Below are positions 26,401-42,100 of a stretch of DNA of 64,000 bases, piece after piece. The notes under the pieces were generated by a model. The model saw only the letters and a program-made list of their open reading frames with translations, had not been told where the DNA came from and made no database searches. Where the stretch lies: NCBI RefSeq assembly GCF_009914755.1, contig NC_060932.1. One strand, written 5' to 3'. The DNA comes from the human T2T-CHM13v2.0 reference genome, Homo sapiens. The position numbers and the translations under genes were made by a program. Position 1 is the stretch's first letter. Each line of letters begins with the position of its first letter.

Positions 26401-29400
26401 TGAATTTAAAAATACAGAAACAAAAAACAAACAAACAAACAAAACCCTACTTTGCCTTTCATTGCCAGGTAAGAAGACTGAAGGACAGTTGAGAGAAGGC
26501 ACAGAATAGGCCGTGTGCCCCTGGAGGGGGAATGCCATCTTTCGCTGTCCACACAAGGAGGAAGACAAGTTCCAGAGCCACGCTCCATCGATTTTCCAAT
26601 CGGGCAAGGGCTGACCTTTCTTTCCTAATAGCATGATTTAACAACAGCTTTGAAATCCTTTTGCGAATTTGCTGCTTCCTTTCAAGCGTTACAAATTTTC
26701 CATTTGGGGGTGTTTCTAAAGCTCTCGTGATGTTTAATCTCATCTCCAAGTCATGCCGAAAAGTCCAACGCTTGCGAACATTTCCAAGTAAAATGAATTG
26801 CTCATGACAAGTAATGTCCCCAATGTTTTCAAACCTGCTGGTCTGTGAGGACCAGAGCCACTGATTTGTATCTATGTCGTTTGTCTAAGCCCTGAAGTTT
26901 CTCAAGGTTGAGGGGTCCCCTGAGGTGTGACATCTGTAATTACAATCCATCTGAATTCCTCTTGTCACCTTCTTCAGGAAAAGTGTGACGGACTCGCCCC
27001 TCCTTGGGATCTCTTAGTAGAAGCACATATTTGTGTATTTTCTGCCCCAGATCTGTACACTCCTCAAGGACATATGCAAGCTCCCTTCTGTGGAAAACAA
27101 AGCATGTTTATTTCTCCCCACCCGCTGGTATTCTCATTCAGTTAAGCAGAATGTCCACTTTCACCAAAGAGAATTTCCCTTGCAATTAGTTCTTTGCCAG
27201 CTGCCTTAGGAGACATCAAAAGGCAATTTTTTTAATGTTTTTTTTGGAAATTTTTGAACTCAAACATAAATATCATTTAATCAAATGCACTGATGCATTA
27301 GTGTTGATGCATAATGTGGTGCAGAACTCGGATAACAAGCCTCACTTTCTTACAGGGTAAGATGCTTTTAGGAAGAACTGACTTCATGCACATGGATGAG
27401 AAATAGCTTGTTGGCACCATAAGCTACAGAGACTCCATGGGCATTTGGAGGCATCAGAATCTCCCCTGACTCAGACATGGAGTTACCCAACACACCATAT
27501 AGCACTATGTGTCTTGGTTCTGACTACTCATTGAAACCTAGGGCACCCAGAAAGGAAACACACTACATTGCATTTCACAAAGTCTTTCTCCAGCCAGATG
27601 ACTCCAGGCACTCTCTACAGAATAGCCCACAGTCCTGCTTCTCTATCAGCCTTCTTCCGGGGGAGTTTACTTGGGCTTGGTGTTGCCTCCCTGTCTTAGG
27701 GATGGGGGAAAGACAACTACAGAAGAAATGAAGCCCAACAGCAGAGCACGTGGCCTGGTGCAGGAAACCGCAGGGCAGCGTGGTCTGGGTTTTAGCTCAT
27801 TGATGCTGTGAGACACACACAGTCCCGCTGCCTTTCTAACTCTCCTTTCCCCAGTGGACACAGGTATTCCCAGGTCAGGCATGTCCCTCCCCTGTGGATC
27901 AGTTTTCTCCTCTCTGGGTCTTTGTCTCAGCTGGGGACACAAACGGCCAGCTGTCATCGTCAAGGGGTTGTGCTTTTGTGTGGCAATGATTGCGTTCATG
28001 TGAAGACAAGGGCTTACAGGTGGCGGGGGAGGGTGGGCATTGGGCAAAAGTGGCAAATGGAATCTCATTTTCCTGACAGCAGAGGAGGACTAGATGGCCC
28101 TGGAAGCTCAGAAGAGGGAGGGTGACAGATGCACAAACACTCTGTCTTAGCTTAGGAACCTAAGACAAAGCCTCAGAAGTCCTCTCTGCACCTTTATTTC
28201 TCCACTTACCAATGTCTCATCAGCAATGCTATTCTATGATCCTGGCATTATGGTATAACTCCCCAGACCCTAGTCTAATCACACATCTACTCTGGACTTA
28301 GCCCTTACCTTGAAAACCCTAACCTTGAGTCCATGTTTATAGCCAAGCATCCGATCATTGCAGCTGATTTGGGGACAAACCTCCAAGAACAGTTGTGGCC
28401 AATGGTTTGCACACTCACGTGAAACACCCATGCAAAGAGGCCCTGGCACACCTGACTCCTAAAGACACAAATACAAACCTCACGAGGTCTGTCCATCAGG
28501 CAGCCAAGGACACGAATTAAAAGCTGTACGGGATCCTTATGAATACCATGATCACCAGACCATGAGACTGTTTTTTAGTTCAATTTCTGGCCAACATAGT
28601 TAAGTCCAGAATTTACAGTTACAGAAATTCAATTCAGAGCCTAGGCTGTCCCTAGGCTGAGAGGAGAATTTAGTATGACACCTGCTTCCTCCCTGGGGGC
28701 TCCTTTTATGTTTTGACTGGCTGTACTGATGCATCAGTTGGGAAACTGCTCTCATCAGTGGAGTGGAGTATTGATTTAAAGGTCTGAGACTCAGGAACTC
28801 AGGATATAAACTTTCAATCCCCAGATTTATTTTATACAATCCGTTGCATTAATGTTGCATATAAAAATTTCTCCATACTTTATAATCAACATTTTCCGTT
28901 CTGCAAATTGCAAACCGATGACATTCTTGAGCATCCAAAGGGATGTTTTATATTCCATTCACTACCACCACAAGCATCATAGCATTTAGCCAAGACACTG
29001 CCTAGACCAGTTTTGGTCCCTTCCTGTTACAAAATGAACCTGAAAAGCAAAAGAAGTGCTTAAAATATACCATCACAGCTTCTTAATTTTCCACACTTTC
29101 TTCTTTGTTCTTCTTTCCCACTTTCTTCTCACTCAGAGTCTTCAATAGCAACTCTGGTGTGTGAAGAGATAGAGAATAGCAACTCTGGTCTGTGAAGCCC
29201 CTCCTCAGAACAACCCAGCTCTCCCCCTCTGGCTGACTCTCAGGGGCTGACGCAGCTACAAAGAAAGGGGACGTTTCCGCTCCATATTTAACCGGCCTTG
29301 AAAGCCTGTATATCAACAGATACCCAGTGTGCATCCACAGCGCCCATGCACCTAACAGCAGGCTCCAAGAGGCTCCCCAGGGAGAGGAAACCGGCCCCAC

Positions 29401-32173
29401 CGTTGTCTGCTCTGCTTAAACATGACACTCACCTCAAGGCATATCGCCTGCCATGCCACATTTTCCTTCCCAATAAATGACCCTGGCATGATTTACTCAG
29501 ATCAGTACTGAAAAATGAAAACAAAAAAACATTGATATTTCATGTCAGGGTGCTTCTTTTTGTGTATTTAGCAGAGGAGGAGAAAAGCACTTGAGGAAGG
29601 AACAGAGCAAGTGCTGAAGTCAGCAACTCGCCAAGTGGCTGTCTGCTAACCAGAACCCTTGAATCTCACCCAGCTCTTTATCACTGTCTCTGTGGTATTT
29701 AAAGAAAAGAAAGAAAGAAAGAAAAACTTTCAAAACTGCAGACCTACAGTTCTCCCTTAAATGCACTACTTAGAATGATATCTCTTTCCCTCCCCGGCCC
29801 CGCCCCGCACAGCTGCTGCAGAGACTGGAGAGGTGAAGGTGCCTGGAATTGCAAGTCTGAAACATTTTTCACAGTATTCCCTTTTGCTTCTTCATCAGAT
29901 CTAGTCTGGAATTCTTTCCCCTTTCAGTCAGAGGTCACCTTGTTTTCTCTCTTTCTTCTGAGTGTCAGGGAAACTGCAAGAAGTCCCAGAACAGAAAGCC
30001 ACCTGCTGTGCTCGGAGATCTCATCTCCTTCCCAGGGCAGGATCCATGCAGCACAAGGCCTTCCAGCCCCATAACTGGCTAACTGGCCCCTCCTTAGCCA
30101 GTTCGCCTGATCTTCACCTCCAGGGGCCACAGGCAGGGAATCGCCCCTGGTTAGCTTTCCAGACTCACTCCCCTCACTCTGTGCTCCAGCAAAGCTACAC
30201 TGCACACCATTTCCATGCACTCAGAGCTCTGAGCTTTTGTGCCATCCACCTGGAGTGTCCTTTTCCCCTTGTCTAACCACTGAACCCTCATTCACTCTGC
30301 AGATCCCACCTCCCAGTGCCTCTGTGAATCCGGGCCTGTCCACCACACCACATCCTACTCCACTAGCCACTAACACCAAAAAAAGCACCAGCACCTGTCT
30401 GAGCAGTGTGCCTCTGCCGGTGCACTTAGGGCCACTTGAGTGATATGACACTTGTGCCTCACACATTAATCTCTGGCCTCAAGGAGCTCCATGCCATTAC
30501 CCAGACAGTGCCGACATTACTGCCCATCCTGCGTGCTGGGCCCCAGGCTCAGTGCTTGGCACATTCTAAGAGCCCAATACATCCTTACTGAATTAAAGAG
30601 ATCACAATTGAACTCAACTGCATTGTCACCTGTCCTTTAACCTCAGACAGTGAAGGGGAGGGGGAGTGAGTGACAAGACTAAGGACGGTGGTATTTGGAG
30701 AATTTGCAAAATAACAGGGCCCAGATATTGTAGCTGTGCACATTACAGGACTTCCATGAGCTACAATTTCCTCTAAGGAACAGCATGCAAAATTGAGATA
30801 TCTACCACTTGACAGGTCATCGGAAGAAAGAAATGACAGGATGCACAGAAAGATTGGTACAGCACTCGGTCCTCAGTAAATGGAAATGTTGCCACCAGTA
30901 AGCTTATCAGGCAGGGGATCTGTCGACAGGTCACAGTCTCCTCACCTGCAGCATCCCCCATTTTGAGGTAGCTGTGTTGAACATTAGAACATGCACTAGG
31001 ACAGGCAGCCTTTGGATATGGGGCAAGACCTTGAATTCCAAGTCAGAACCCTCTAAGGAGTGAGCCAGGCAATTAAGCCAGGGCACTGAGGGGCTGGCAG
31101 GTAAGGCAAGGTCCTAGGGAGGCAGTATCAGGTGTCCATGCCCTTCACTCTTCTCCAGGGTCTTCACTGCTCCACCAGGCACAGCCCAGCTTCCTAGCAG
31201 GGGAAGCAAGAGGGCACAGTATGTCGCCAAAGAACTGGGGGCAGGGGGAACCTCTACTTCAGGCTAAGCGGTCAGGCTCCTCACTGGCTTTTTCCTGCAT
31301 CTCCTTGTGATCTAGGAAAGTCTTCAAAGAACTGGAAATCCACACACAAACCAGAGCAGATATGCTCAGGGTCCTGATCTGCAAGTTAATGATCTGCACA
31401 CATCTCGGAAAGAACTTTCTGATGTTCTCTTCCTCCTCCCCTGGCAAACATTTATCAAGCTCCACAGTAGAATGTGTTCTTGCTGACTGGCATCGCTCTG
31501 TTCCAAGGTCCCAATGCCAGGCTCTTTAATGTATGACAACCCACAGCAGGCAGGACATCTTATTTTTCAAGCCCCGCTTGTAGGTTTTATGAGAAAAGAC
31601 GTTGCTGAAAAGCAGAAAAGAACACTAGAAACCAATAAACACCTCTTACCCCCTGACTGATTCCACTGTGAAGAGCTGCCTTGACTTTCCATATGCTGCA
31701 TAAATCCACCCCACTTTAGAGCCACAGAGGTCCCTGCTGATGCTCCTGGTAGTCCTGATCACTTTCAACTTCTGTTGGCTCTGACAGAAGAAAACTTCAT
31801 TGACAAAGTGGATAATTCTTACCTGCTTTCCCAGAGCAGCACTCGGCTGAGATTAATTTCCCTCTGCCTTTATTGCTATTGCTACTATTTCTCAACATTA
31901 CTTCCTAAGGCTTCGACCTAGATCGACACAGGGTTCTATCAGTAAATAAAACGATGGTTAAACCTGAAGGCAGTTTTAGCAGCATACAGACTTTCCTCCA
32001 CCTCTCTTCTCTACTCCAAGTTTTTGAACTGTGTTTCTAGCCATTGGAAGGGGCTTTTTTTCAGGCCAGTCCCCTCAATTGGGACATATTCCCAGCTGGC
32101 CTTACCTTTAGCATCCTGCCTAGCTTCTCTCTTGCTGTGTCTGTCTGTGTGTCCATTTCCATCTTGATAAATA

Positions 32174-32462
32174 GATAGAAGGATAGATGGCTGGCTGGCT
32201 GGCTGGTTGGCTGGCTGGCTGGCTGGCTGGATGGATGGATGGATGGATTAATAGAGAGAGAGAGAGACAGAGAGAAGGATAGATGGCTGGCTGGCTGGCT
32301 GGCTGGCTGGATGGATGGATGAATAGAGAGAGAGAGAGACAGAGAGAAGGATAGATGGGTGGATGGATGGATGGATGGATGGATGGATAGATAGATAGAT
32401 GGATGGATGGAGACAGATAGAGAGAGAGGGAGACAGATAGAGAGAAAGAGAGACAGATAGAT
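32174..32462. repeat. Compound microsatellite (GGCT)n(GGAT)n(AG)n(GATA)n
   Basis: Directly visible; anchor gaaggatagatgg occurs three times. Confidence 0.93.
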
Positions 32463-33239
32463 ATCCAAAACTATATTTAGATATCAATGATGTTTAGATA
32501 GTTTAAAACTGTTTCTGTTCCTGTCTGTCCGTCTCTCTCACTCTTTCCCTTTCCGTTCTGATATGTGTAGACAGAGACAGACAAAAGCAAAGACAGAAAA
32601 AGAAAGACTAAGGTTTTTTCTTTATTCCAAATTTAAAGATTTGTGCCTCTTTACATTGGAGTTTTATCCTGAGGGCTCTGAGGGCTCTCTGAAGGGTTTT
32701 CCATTTGAATGCACAAAATAAAGGCAGATATTTTAAAAATTTAAAACAATTTTTAAAATGTAAAGGAAAATAAAAAAGGTCAGAAACTCAGATCTGCATA
32801 AAGTCAGGAAGAGCATGGTTGAGGGTAAAATAAAAGAATTTTTTTTCTAATTGATCTAACAGATAACAATTTGTTCAAAATAATAATAGCAACAATGTAT
32901 TCAATTGTATAAGTATGTATAAGTGAAATGAATGAAAGCAATAAAACAAGGTAAAGGAGAAAGGGATTAGGACCATTTTGATATTATGAGATACACCAAC
33001 CATGAAGGGGTATAGTGCTATTTGAAAGTAGACTTGGATTAGTTGTAAGTGAATATTATGAACTGTAGTCCAGGCAATAAAAAGAGTAAAAAATAAGAAT
33101 AACTAATGTGTTAATAAAGGAGAGAAAATGGAATCATATAAAATGCTCAATAGAAACCAGTGCAAAATAAAAACAGAAACAAAAAGCAAGGGCAACAGAT
33201 AGAGAACAGTAACAAATATATTAGATATTAATCTAACTA

Positions 33240-33288
33240 CAGTCATTTGCTGCATGGCAGCATTTGAGTCAACGATGGACCACACGCC
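33240..33288. mobile_element. Tigger3 terminal fragment
   Basis: cagtcatttgctgcat…gtcaacgatggaccaca resembles the Tigger3 end. Confidence 0.55.
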
Positions 33289-34512
33289 CAAGAAAAGTTA
33301 TCAAGGATAAAAAGAGGTATTATGTAATGATAAAGGGCTAATTCTCCAAGAAGACATAACAATCCTTAAAGTGTATAGACCTAATAACAAGGCGTCAAAA
33401 CACATGAGGTAAAAACTGATAGAACTTCAAGGAGAAATAAACGAAGCTCTTACTATGCTTGGGCACTTCACCACATCTCTATCCAAAATGGACAAAGCCA
33501 AAAAGCAGAAACTAATAAGAACATAAACACAACACCATTAATCAACGGAATATAATGGATATCTATAGACTATCTCATCCAACAACAGCAGAATACACAT
33601 TCTCAAACTTATTTAGGACATGCATCAAAATAAGCCACATTCTGGCTTTAAAACACCCCTTAACAAATTTAAAATAATAAAAATCATAATAGAAATAATA
33701 GAAATCACTATCAGTTCTCAAACCACAGTGGAATTAACCTGGAAATCAATAACAGAAAGATAGTTTAAAAATCCCAAAATACTTGGAGATTAAACAATAC
33801 ACTTCTGAATAACACATGGGTCAAAAAAAATCTCAAGAAACACTTTAAGATATTTTGAACCAAATGAGAATAAAAACACAACTTAAAATTTGTGAGATGC
33901 AGTAAAGCAGTGTTTAAAGCAAAATTCATGGCATTGAATGCATACATCAGAAAAGAGGAAAAAATTAAAATCAATCACATAAGGTTTTAACTCAGAAAAC
34001 TAGAAAGAGAAGAAAAAAATTAAATTCAAAGCAAGCAGATAAAAATAAATAAAATTAGAAACAGAAAATTATAGAGAAAATTATCACAACCAAATGCTCA
34101 TTCTTCGAAAACATGAATAAAATCAATAAGCCTCAAGCAAAGCTAAGAACAAAAAAGAGATGACACAAATTACTAATATCAGAAATTAAAAAGGGAACAT
34201 TACTACAGGTCTCATGAACATTAAGGCAATAATTTAAAAATGCCATGAAAAATTCTATGTCCAAAAATTTAATAACCTAGATGAAATGGGACCAATTTCT
34301 TAAAAGACACGATCTGACAAAAGTCACACAAGAAGAAATAGATAATGTTAATAGGCCTATATATATTAGAGAAATTGAATTAATAATGGCCTTCCAAAAC
34401 AGAAAGCACCAGACGTAAATGGGTTCACTAATGACTTCTACCAAATATTTTAGGAAAAATTATACCAATTCTCTATGGTGTCTTTCAGATGATACTTTCT
34501 TTAAAAAAAAAA

Positions 34513-34543
<31 letters not shown>

Positions 34544-34556
34544 CATATATATATTC

Positions 34557-34862
<306 letters not shown>

Positions 34863-37729
34863 TCAATAATTCCATAAGCTGCTTTTTAACTCCTTCTATG
34901 AGGCCAGCATTACTCTAGTACCAAAATCAGAAAACAGTATTATAAGAAAAAGAAAACTACAGACCAATATCTCCTATGAACATAGATGCAAAATTTTCCA
35001 ACAAAATATTAGCAAATTAAATCCAACAATGTACAAAATAAATGATACACCACAACCAAGTGAGATTTGAGGTATGCTAGACTGGTTCAACATTTAAAAA
35101 TCAATTAATGTAATCCGTTGCATCAACGGGCTAAAGAGAAAAAAAAATCGCATGATCTATTAAAAGATGCAGAAAAAACATTTGACAAAATCCAACACCC
35201 ATTCATGTTATGAACTTTCAGTAAAATAGGAATAGAGAAACATTTTCTCAATATTATAAAGAACATCTACAAGAAACCTTCAGCTAACATCATACATAAC
35301 AGTGAGGAATTCAAATCTTTCTTGCTAAGATCAGAAAAAGACAAGAATGTCTCCTCTCACCACTGCTTTTCAGCATCGTACTGAAAGTCCTAGCTAATGC
35401 AATAAGGAAAGAAAAGGAAATAAAAGGTATACCTTTTGGGAAGAAAGAAATAAAACTATCCTTCTTCACAAATGACATGATTGTTTTTATAAAAGATCTC
35501 AAAGAATCAACAAAATGGCCCCTAGAATTCATAGGTGATTATAGCAAAGTCACAGAATACAAGACTAGTACATAAAAGTCTATTATTTTTCTATAACCAA
35601 CAGCAAGTGAAATTTGAAATCAAAATGCAATACTATGAATGTTAGCACACAAAAACTTATTTATAAATATAATAAAATATGTATAAGATCTATATAAGAA
35701 AAACTGTACAATTTTGATGAAGAAAATCAAAGATGAACTAAATAAATAGAGAGATATTCCATGTTCATGGATAGAAAGACTCAAGATTGTCAAGGCATCA
35801 GTTCTTCCCAATTTATTCTATAGATTCAATTCAATCCCAATCAAAATCTGAAAAAGTTATTTTGTGGATAACTTTGAATCAATTTAGAAATTGATTCTAC
35901 AGTTTAGACAGAGAGGCAAAAAACCAAAATAGCCAACTTAATATTGAAAAAGAAGAACAGTCAGAGGACTGACACTACGTGACTTCAAGATTTGCTACAA
36001 ATCTACAGTAATAAAGACAGTTTGGTATTGGTGAAAGAATAGACAAATTGACCAATGGAACAAAATCAAAAGCCCAGAAATAGACCCACATAAATAGAGT
36101 CAATTGATCTTTGACAAATGAGCAAAGGCAACACAATGAAGAAAAGAGTATGTTCAACAAATGGTGCTAGAACAACTGGACATCCACATACACAACAAAA
36201 ATGAATCTAGACATAGACCTTACATTCTCCACAAAAAGGAACACAAAATGAGCCACAGACCTAAATTTAAAATATACAACTATGAAATTTCTAGAAGATA
36301 ATACAGGAAAATATCTAGATGACCTTGGGACAAGTGATAATTTTTTAGTTGCAACACTGTAGGCATGATCTATAAAAGAAAAAATTGACAAGCTGGGCTT
36401 TAATAAAATTAAAAATTTCTATTGTGTGAAAAACATTGTTGAGAAAATGAAAAGGCAGCCAAAGATTGAGATAAAATATTTGCAAAATATTTCTGCTTCT
36501 GTCTTAATTCCCTACCCAAAAGATAAAGGACTGTTATCCAAAATATGCAAAGAACTCTTAAAACTCAACAAGAACACAACCCCACTAAAAAATGGGCCAA
36601 AGATCTTAAGAGACACCTCACCAAAGAAGGTACACAGGTGGCAAATAAGCATATGAAAAGATGCTCCATATCAGAAGTCATCAGGGAACTGCAAATTAAA
36701 ATAACAATGAGATACCACTACATATTACAATGGCCAAAATCCAGAACACTGACAATAGTATTGGATGTGGAGCATCAGGAGCTCTCATCATTGCTGGTGG
36801 AGATGTAAAATGGTACAGCCACTTTGGAAGACAATTTGGCAGTTTCTTACAAAACTAACCATACTCCTTCCATATAATCCAGAAATCACACTCATTGGTA
36901 TATAGCCAAAGGAGTGAAAAACTTGTGCCCACAAAAAAAGCCTGCACACGAATATTTATAGCAACTTTATTCATAATTGCCAAAACTTGGAAGCAACCAA
37001 GAGGCCCTTCAGTAGATGAAGGTATAAGCTGTGGGACATCCAAACAATGGACTATTATTCATCAGTAAAAAGAAATGAACTATCAACCCATGAAAAGACA
37101 TGAAGGAAACTTAAATGCAGCTTGCATTTACTACATTTAAGAAGCTAATCTGAAAAGGCTGCATAATGTATGATTCCAACTATATGACATTCTAGAAAAG
37201 GCAAAACTAAGGACACAGTAAAAAGATCAGTGGTTGCCAGGAATTAGTGGGGAGCAAGGGATGAACAGACAGAACACAATGGATTCTTAGGGAAATACAG
37301 TTACTCTGTATGATACTATAATCCTAGACACAAATCATTATACATTTGTCCAAACCCATAGAATATATAACACCAAAAGTGAACCCTGAGGTAAACTATG
37401 GACTCTGAGTGATAATGATGTAAGTCAATGTAGGTTCATTACTTTTAACAATGCACCTCTATGGTGGGTGATGTTGATAATAGGGGAGGCTGTGCATGTG
37501 TGGGGCAGGGGATACATGAGAAATCTTTATACCTTTCAGTCAATGTTGCTGTGAACTAAAACTGTCCTAAAACAAAGGAAGTCCATTTTGAAAACAGAAC
37601 CACAACATATCTGGGAAATGGATAAATCAGTCAATCTATCTATCTAATGATCATCTTCATAATCTTAATTGTTGGTTGACTGACTTTGGAGATTATTGGC
37701 ACAAAAGCAATTTTAAAATATTAAGACCA

Positions 37730-39121
<1,392 letters not shown>

Positions 39122-40333
39122 GTTTTCACAAGAACAAAATTCTCAAAGATCTGATGAACCTTGTCTGAGAAAAAATAACAATAATCTCATCTTATTCTAG
39201 AAAAAATATATCTTAATTGTTATCACGAAAAAGGGGAACATTTCATCTTTATACCTGGTAAAATACGTGCATTAAGAATTATTTAAAAACCAAAACGGTA
39301 AAGGTCTAAAAGAATTTGTAGAATGTCAAAGTTATACCCAGTTTGAGAAACAGCATTTGCAACTTTTTGCATGTGGGCAGTTCGATCCACAGTGTGAATA
39401 CTCACTGGGGCACTTGGAGTTTCAAACGTCTAAACCTCTACGGAAGCAAACACCTAGCATCACATCATAGTTTTCCTTTGTTTCTTTCTCTTTTTCTTTC
39501 TTTTTAATTAAGGCCATTAGCAATGACTTTATTTCTTAATGACATGGATGTGCAGCTCCTCATGATCACACATATGAAAAATGTCCAAATACAGAAAAGC
39601 AATGCTTCCTAAAGTTTGGCTTTGGGCAGCCTTCATTCTCAGACATGTGCTGCCATAAACAGAGCTTTGCTCTGTATACGAAACAACCACATTTCGTTTT
39701 TAATTATTAAATATATTATGTATACAGAGCTACTCTACCAAAAAACACAGGCAGTTCTTTATATTATTTTCACATTTCATTGAATAGAGAATAAGTCAAG
39801 TTGTATTTTCTTTCTCACCAAGTCATCCTAAATCTCTGTGATGGACGGCACATATTTATGCATCTGTAATGCTACATATACCCTTCTCATTTGTATGGAT
39901 GTCATTTCTGCTTCTGTCTTAATTCCCTACCGAAAATGAGTGCAAGATTTTTGATGTGTTTTTTCAAAATCTAGAATCCCCATAGAGGAGAAAATAGAAG
40001 CTATTATGGTACATTTACACAGTGTAGATGTTCAAAAATATGTTGGGATAATAAATGCAGGCACACATCACAGTTGTTTATCACCAGGCTCCAAACTTAG
40101 AAGAAAACGCTCAGAAATAGCTGCAAGTCACCCACCTTTAGGATCTTATACTATTTGGCTGACCTAAATATAAGAACATTAACCAGTGTATCTTTCTGTG
40201 TACCACTGTCAGAAAAACAAGCAGAAGGAACTTGCAGTTTCCCAGAGTGAATATGCCCAGAGAGCAAGATAAAACTCTCTTGGGCAGGGGGAGGTAGTGG
40301 GGTGAGGACAAAAAAAAAAAAAAAAAAAAAGTC

Positions 40334-40635
40334 AGCCGGGCACAGTGGCTTATGCCTGTTATCTCAGCACTTTGGGAGGCTAAGGCAGGTGGATCACCTG
40401 AGGTCAGGAGTTCAAAACCAGCTTGGTCAACATGGCAAAACCTCGTCTCTGCTAAAAATACAAAAATTAGCCGGGCATGGTGGTGGAAGCCTGTAGTCCC
40501 AGATACTCAGGAGGCTGAGGCAGGAGAATCTCTAAGAACACCAGGAGGAGAAGGTTGCAGTGAGCTGAGATTGTGCCACTGTACTCCAGCCTGGGTGACA
40601 GAGCGAGACTCTGTCTCAAACAAAACAAAACAAAA
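40334..40635 (+). mobile_element. AluS
   Basis: Alu dimer with (CAAAA)n tail. Confidence 0.9.
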
Positions 40636-42100
40636 GTCCCTCTTGAATTCTGGAGTCAAATCTAAGTGGCTACGGATGATCTAAGTGTTCCAAGTCCTCA
40701 AAGATGAAAGAAATAACCCTGGATCTTACAAGCCGGCATGGCTCTTTATTTTTATGAAACAGAGTATGTACCTCTCTGCCACATTCACATTTTAGCTACA
40801 GGATTGCTTTTCTGAGCAAACACATTTTGGTCTTTCAGGTGCTAATACAGTAAATATTATCTCATATTCCTTCACTGAGAAAACATTTCATGAAAAATTC
40901 TAAATGCCATAGAGGCACAGTGACTTCATTAATTTCAAAACTTTGTTTCCTCCTCAACAGGATTAGAAAATTGATTAGTCCATAATTAGCATCACCAATA
41001 TCAATTATCTCAGCAATGCCAAGGAATTCCAAAGACATTTAGGTTCTTAAAATACTAGAGGCAAGGCATACTGTGCTTTTTCAGTGCCTTCAGCAAATTC
41101 AGCATTTGATTTTTATAATTATTTCTTCAAACATGGTCTTGCCTTCCCAGTGCACATAGTGTCAAAGAAAACTGACTTGATTAATTCTGTGCACAGTGAC
41201 ACAATCAGATTGAAACACTTTTTAAACTAGGAAAAATGCATTATCATATAGCTTATTATTATATGGATTTTGATAGGGTACAGGTCAAATTATGTCTCTG
41301 GATCATCATAATTATATAGATTGAAAAGCAGACACGAGGCAATAACAGCCCACAAGGCAGAGGTTAAACAGGTCACTAGCAAAATAAAAAGGATACACTA
41401 TAATACTTTCCTTTCCCTTCATTTAAGAAAATAATTTTTTTTTCTTTAGATCAAAGGAAACTACTATGAGAACACCTGAAACAATAAAGGTTTCAATAAA
41501 GAATGTTACAGCACTTTGCAAAGAAAATGTGGTAATGAAAATGCAGCTTAAGGGTGAATTTGGAAAAAAAAAAGACAGCATATTTTGGCTTTTTATTACA
41601 GGATATTTAAGAGACAGCTTGGCAATAAATGTTAACATCTTTCTAACGGTTGGCAATGCAGTAGTATAAAGCTGAAAACTCACCTTGACTTATTGACACA
41701 GCTAGTTTTAAGTTACATTGCTCATTCCCAGAGGAACTGCACCACACTGCAAAAAAAAAAAAAGTGCTGAGCTTCACTCAATAAATGGAGGTAGGTGTGA
41801 GCTCCCGTTACATGGTCACATTAGACATCTTCACTCAGGGGAGGCAACAAGAAAGAGAGGGAAAGAGCAGGCAAATCAGTGAAGAGGAAGAAAAAAAAAA
41901 GAAATGTGAAGACGGAAAAAGAGGATGTCAGAGAAAATCTCCAATAAGATGCCAACTATCCTGGATGCCAACTAATGTTAAAAACTCGCCTCTGGTAAGA
42001 TGCTTATCCTGGATGCCAACTATTTAAAAAAAAAAAAAAAACTATTCCCGAACTCTTTCTATGTTGAGACACAGAAAGGATAAAAAGTAATTAAAGGCAT

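Noticed and set aside
29792-29820. GC box plus E-box (ccccgccccgcacagctg) as an internal promoter
   Set aside because: Isolated motif with no CpG island or other support.
39122-39143. Possible L1 3' transduction (gttttcac between tail and aaaattct TSD)
   Set aside because: Only about 8-14 nt with no second poly(A) signal; tail decay explains it equally well.
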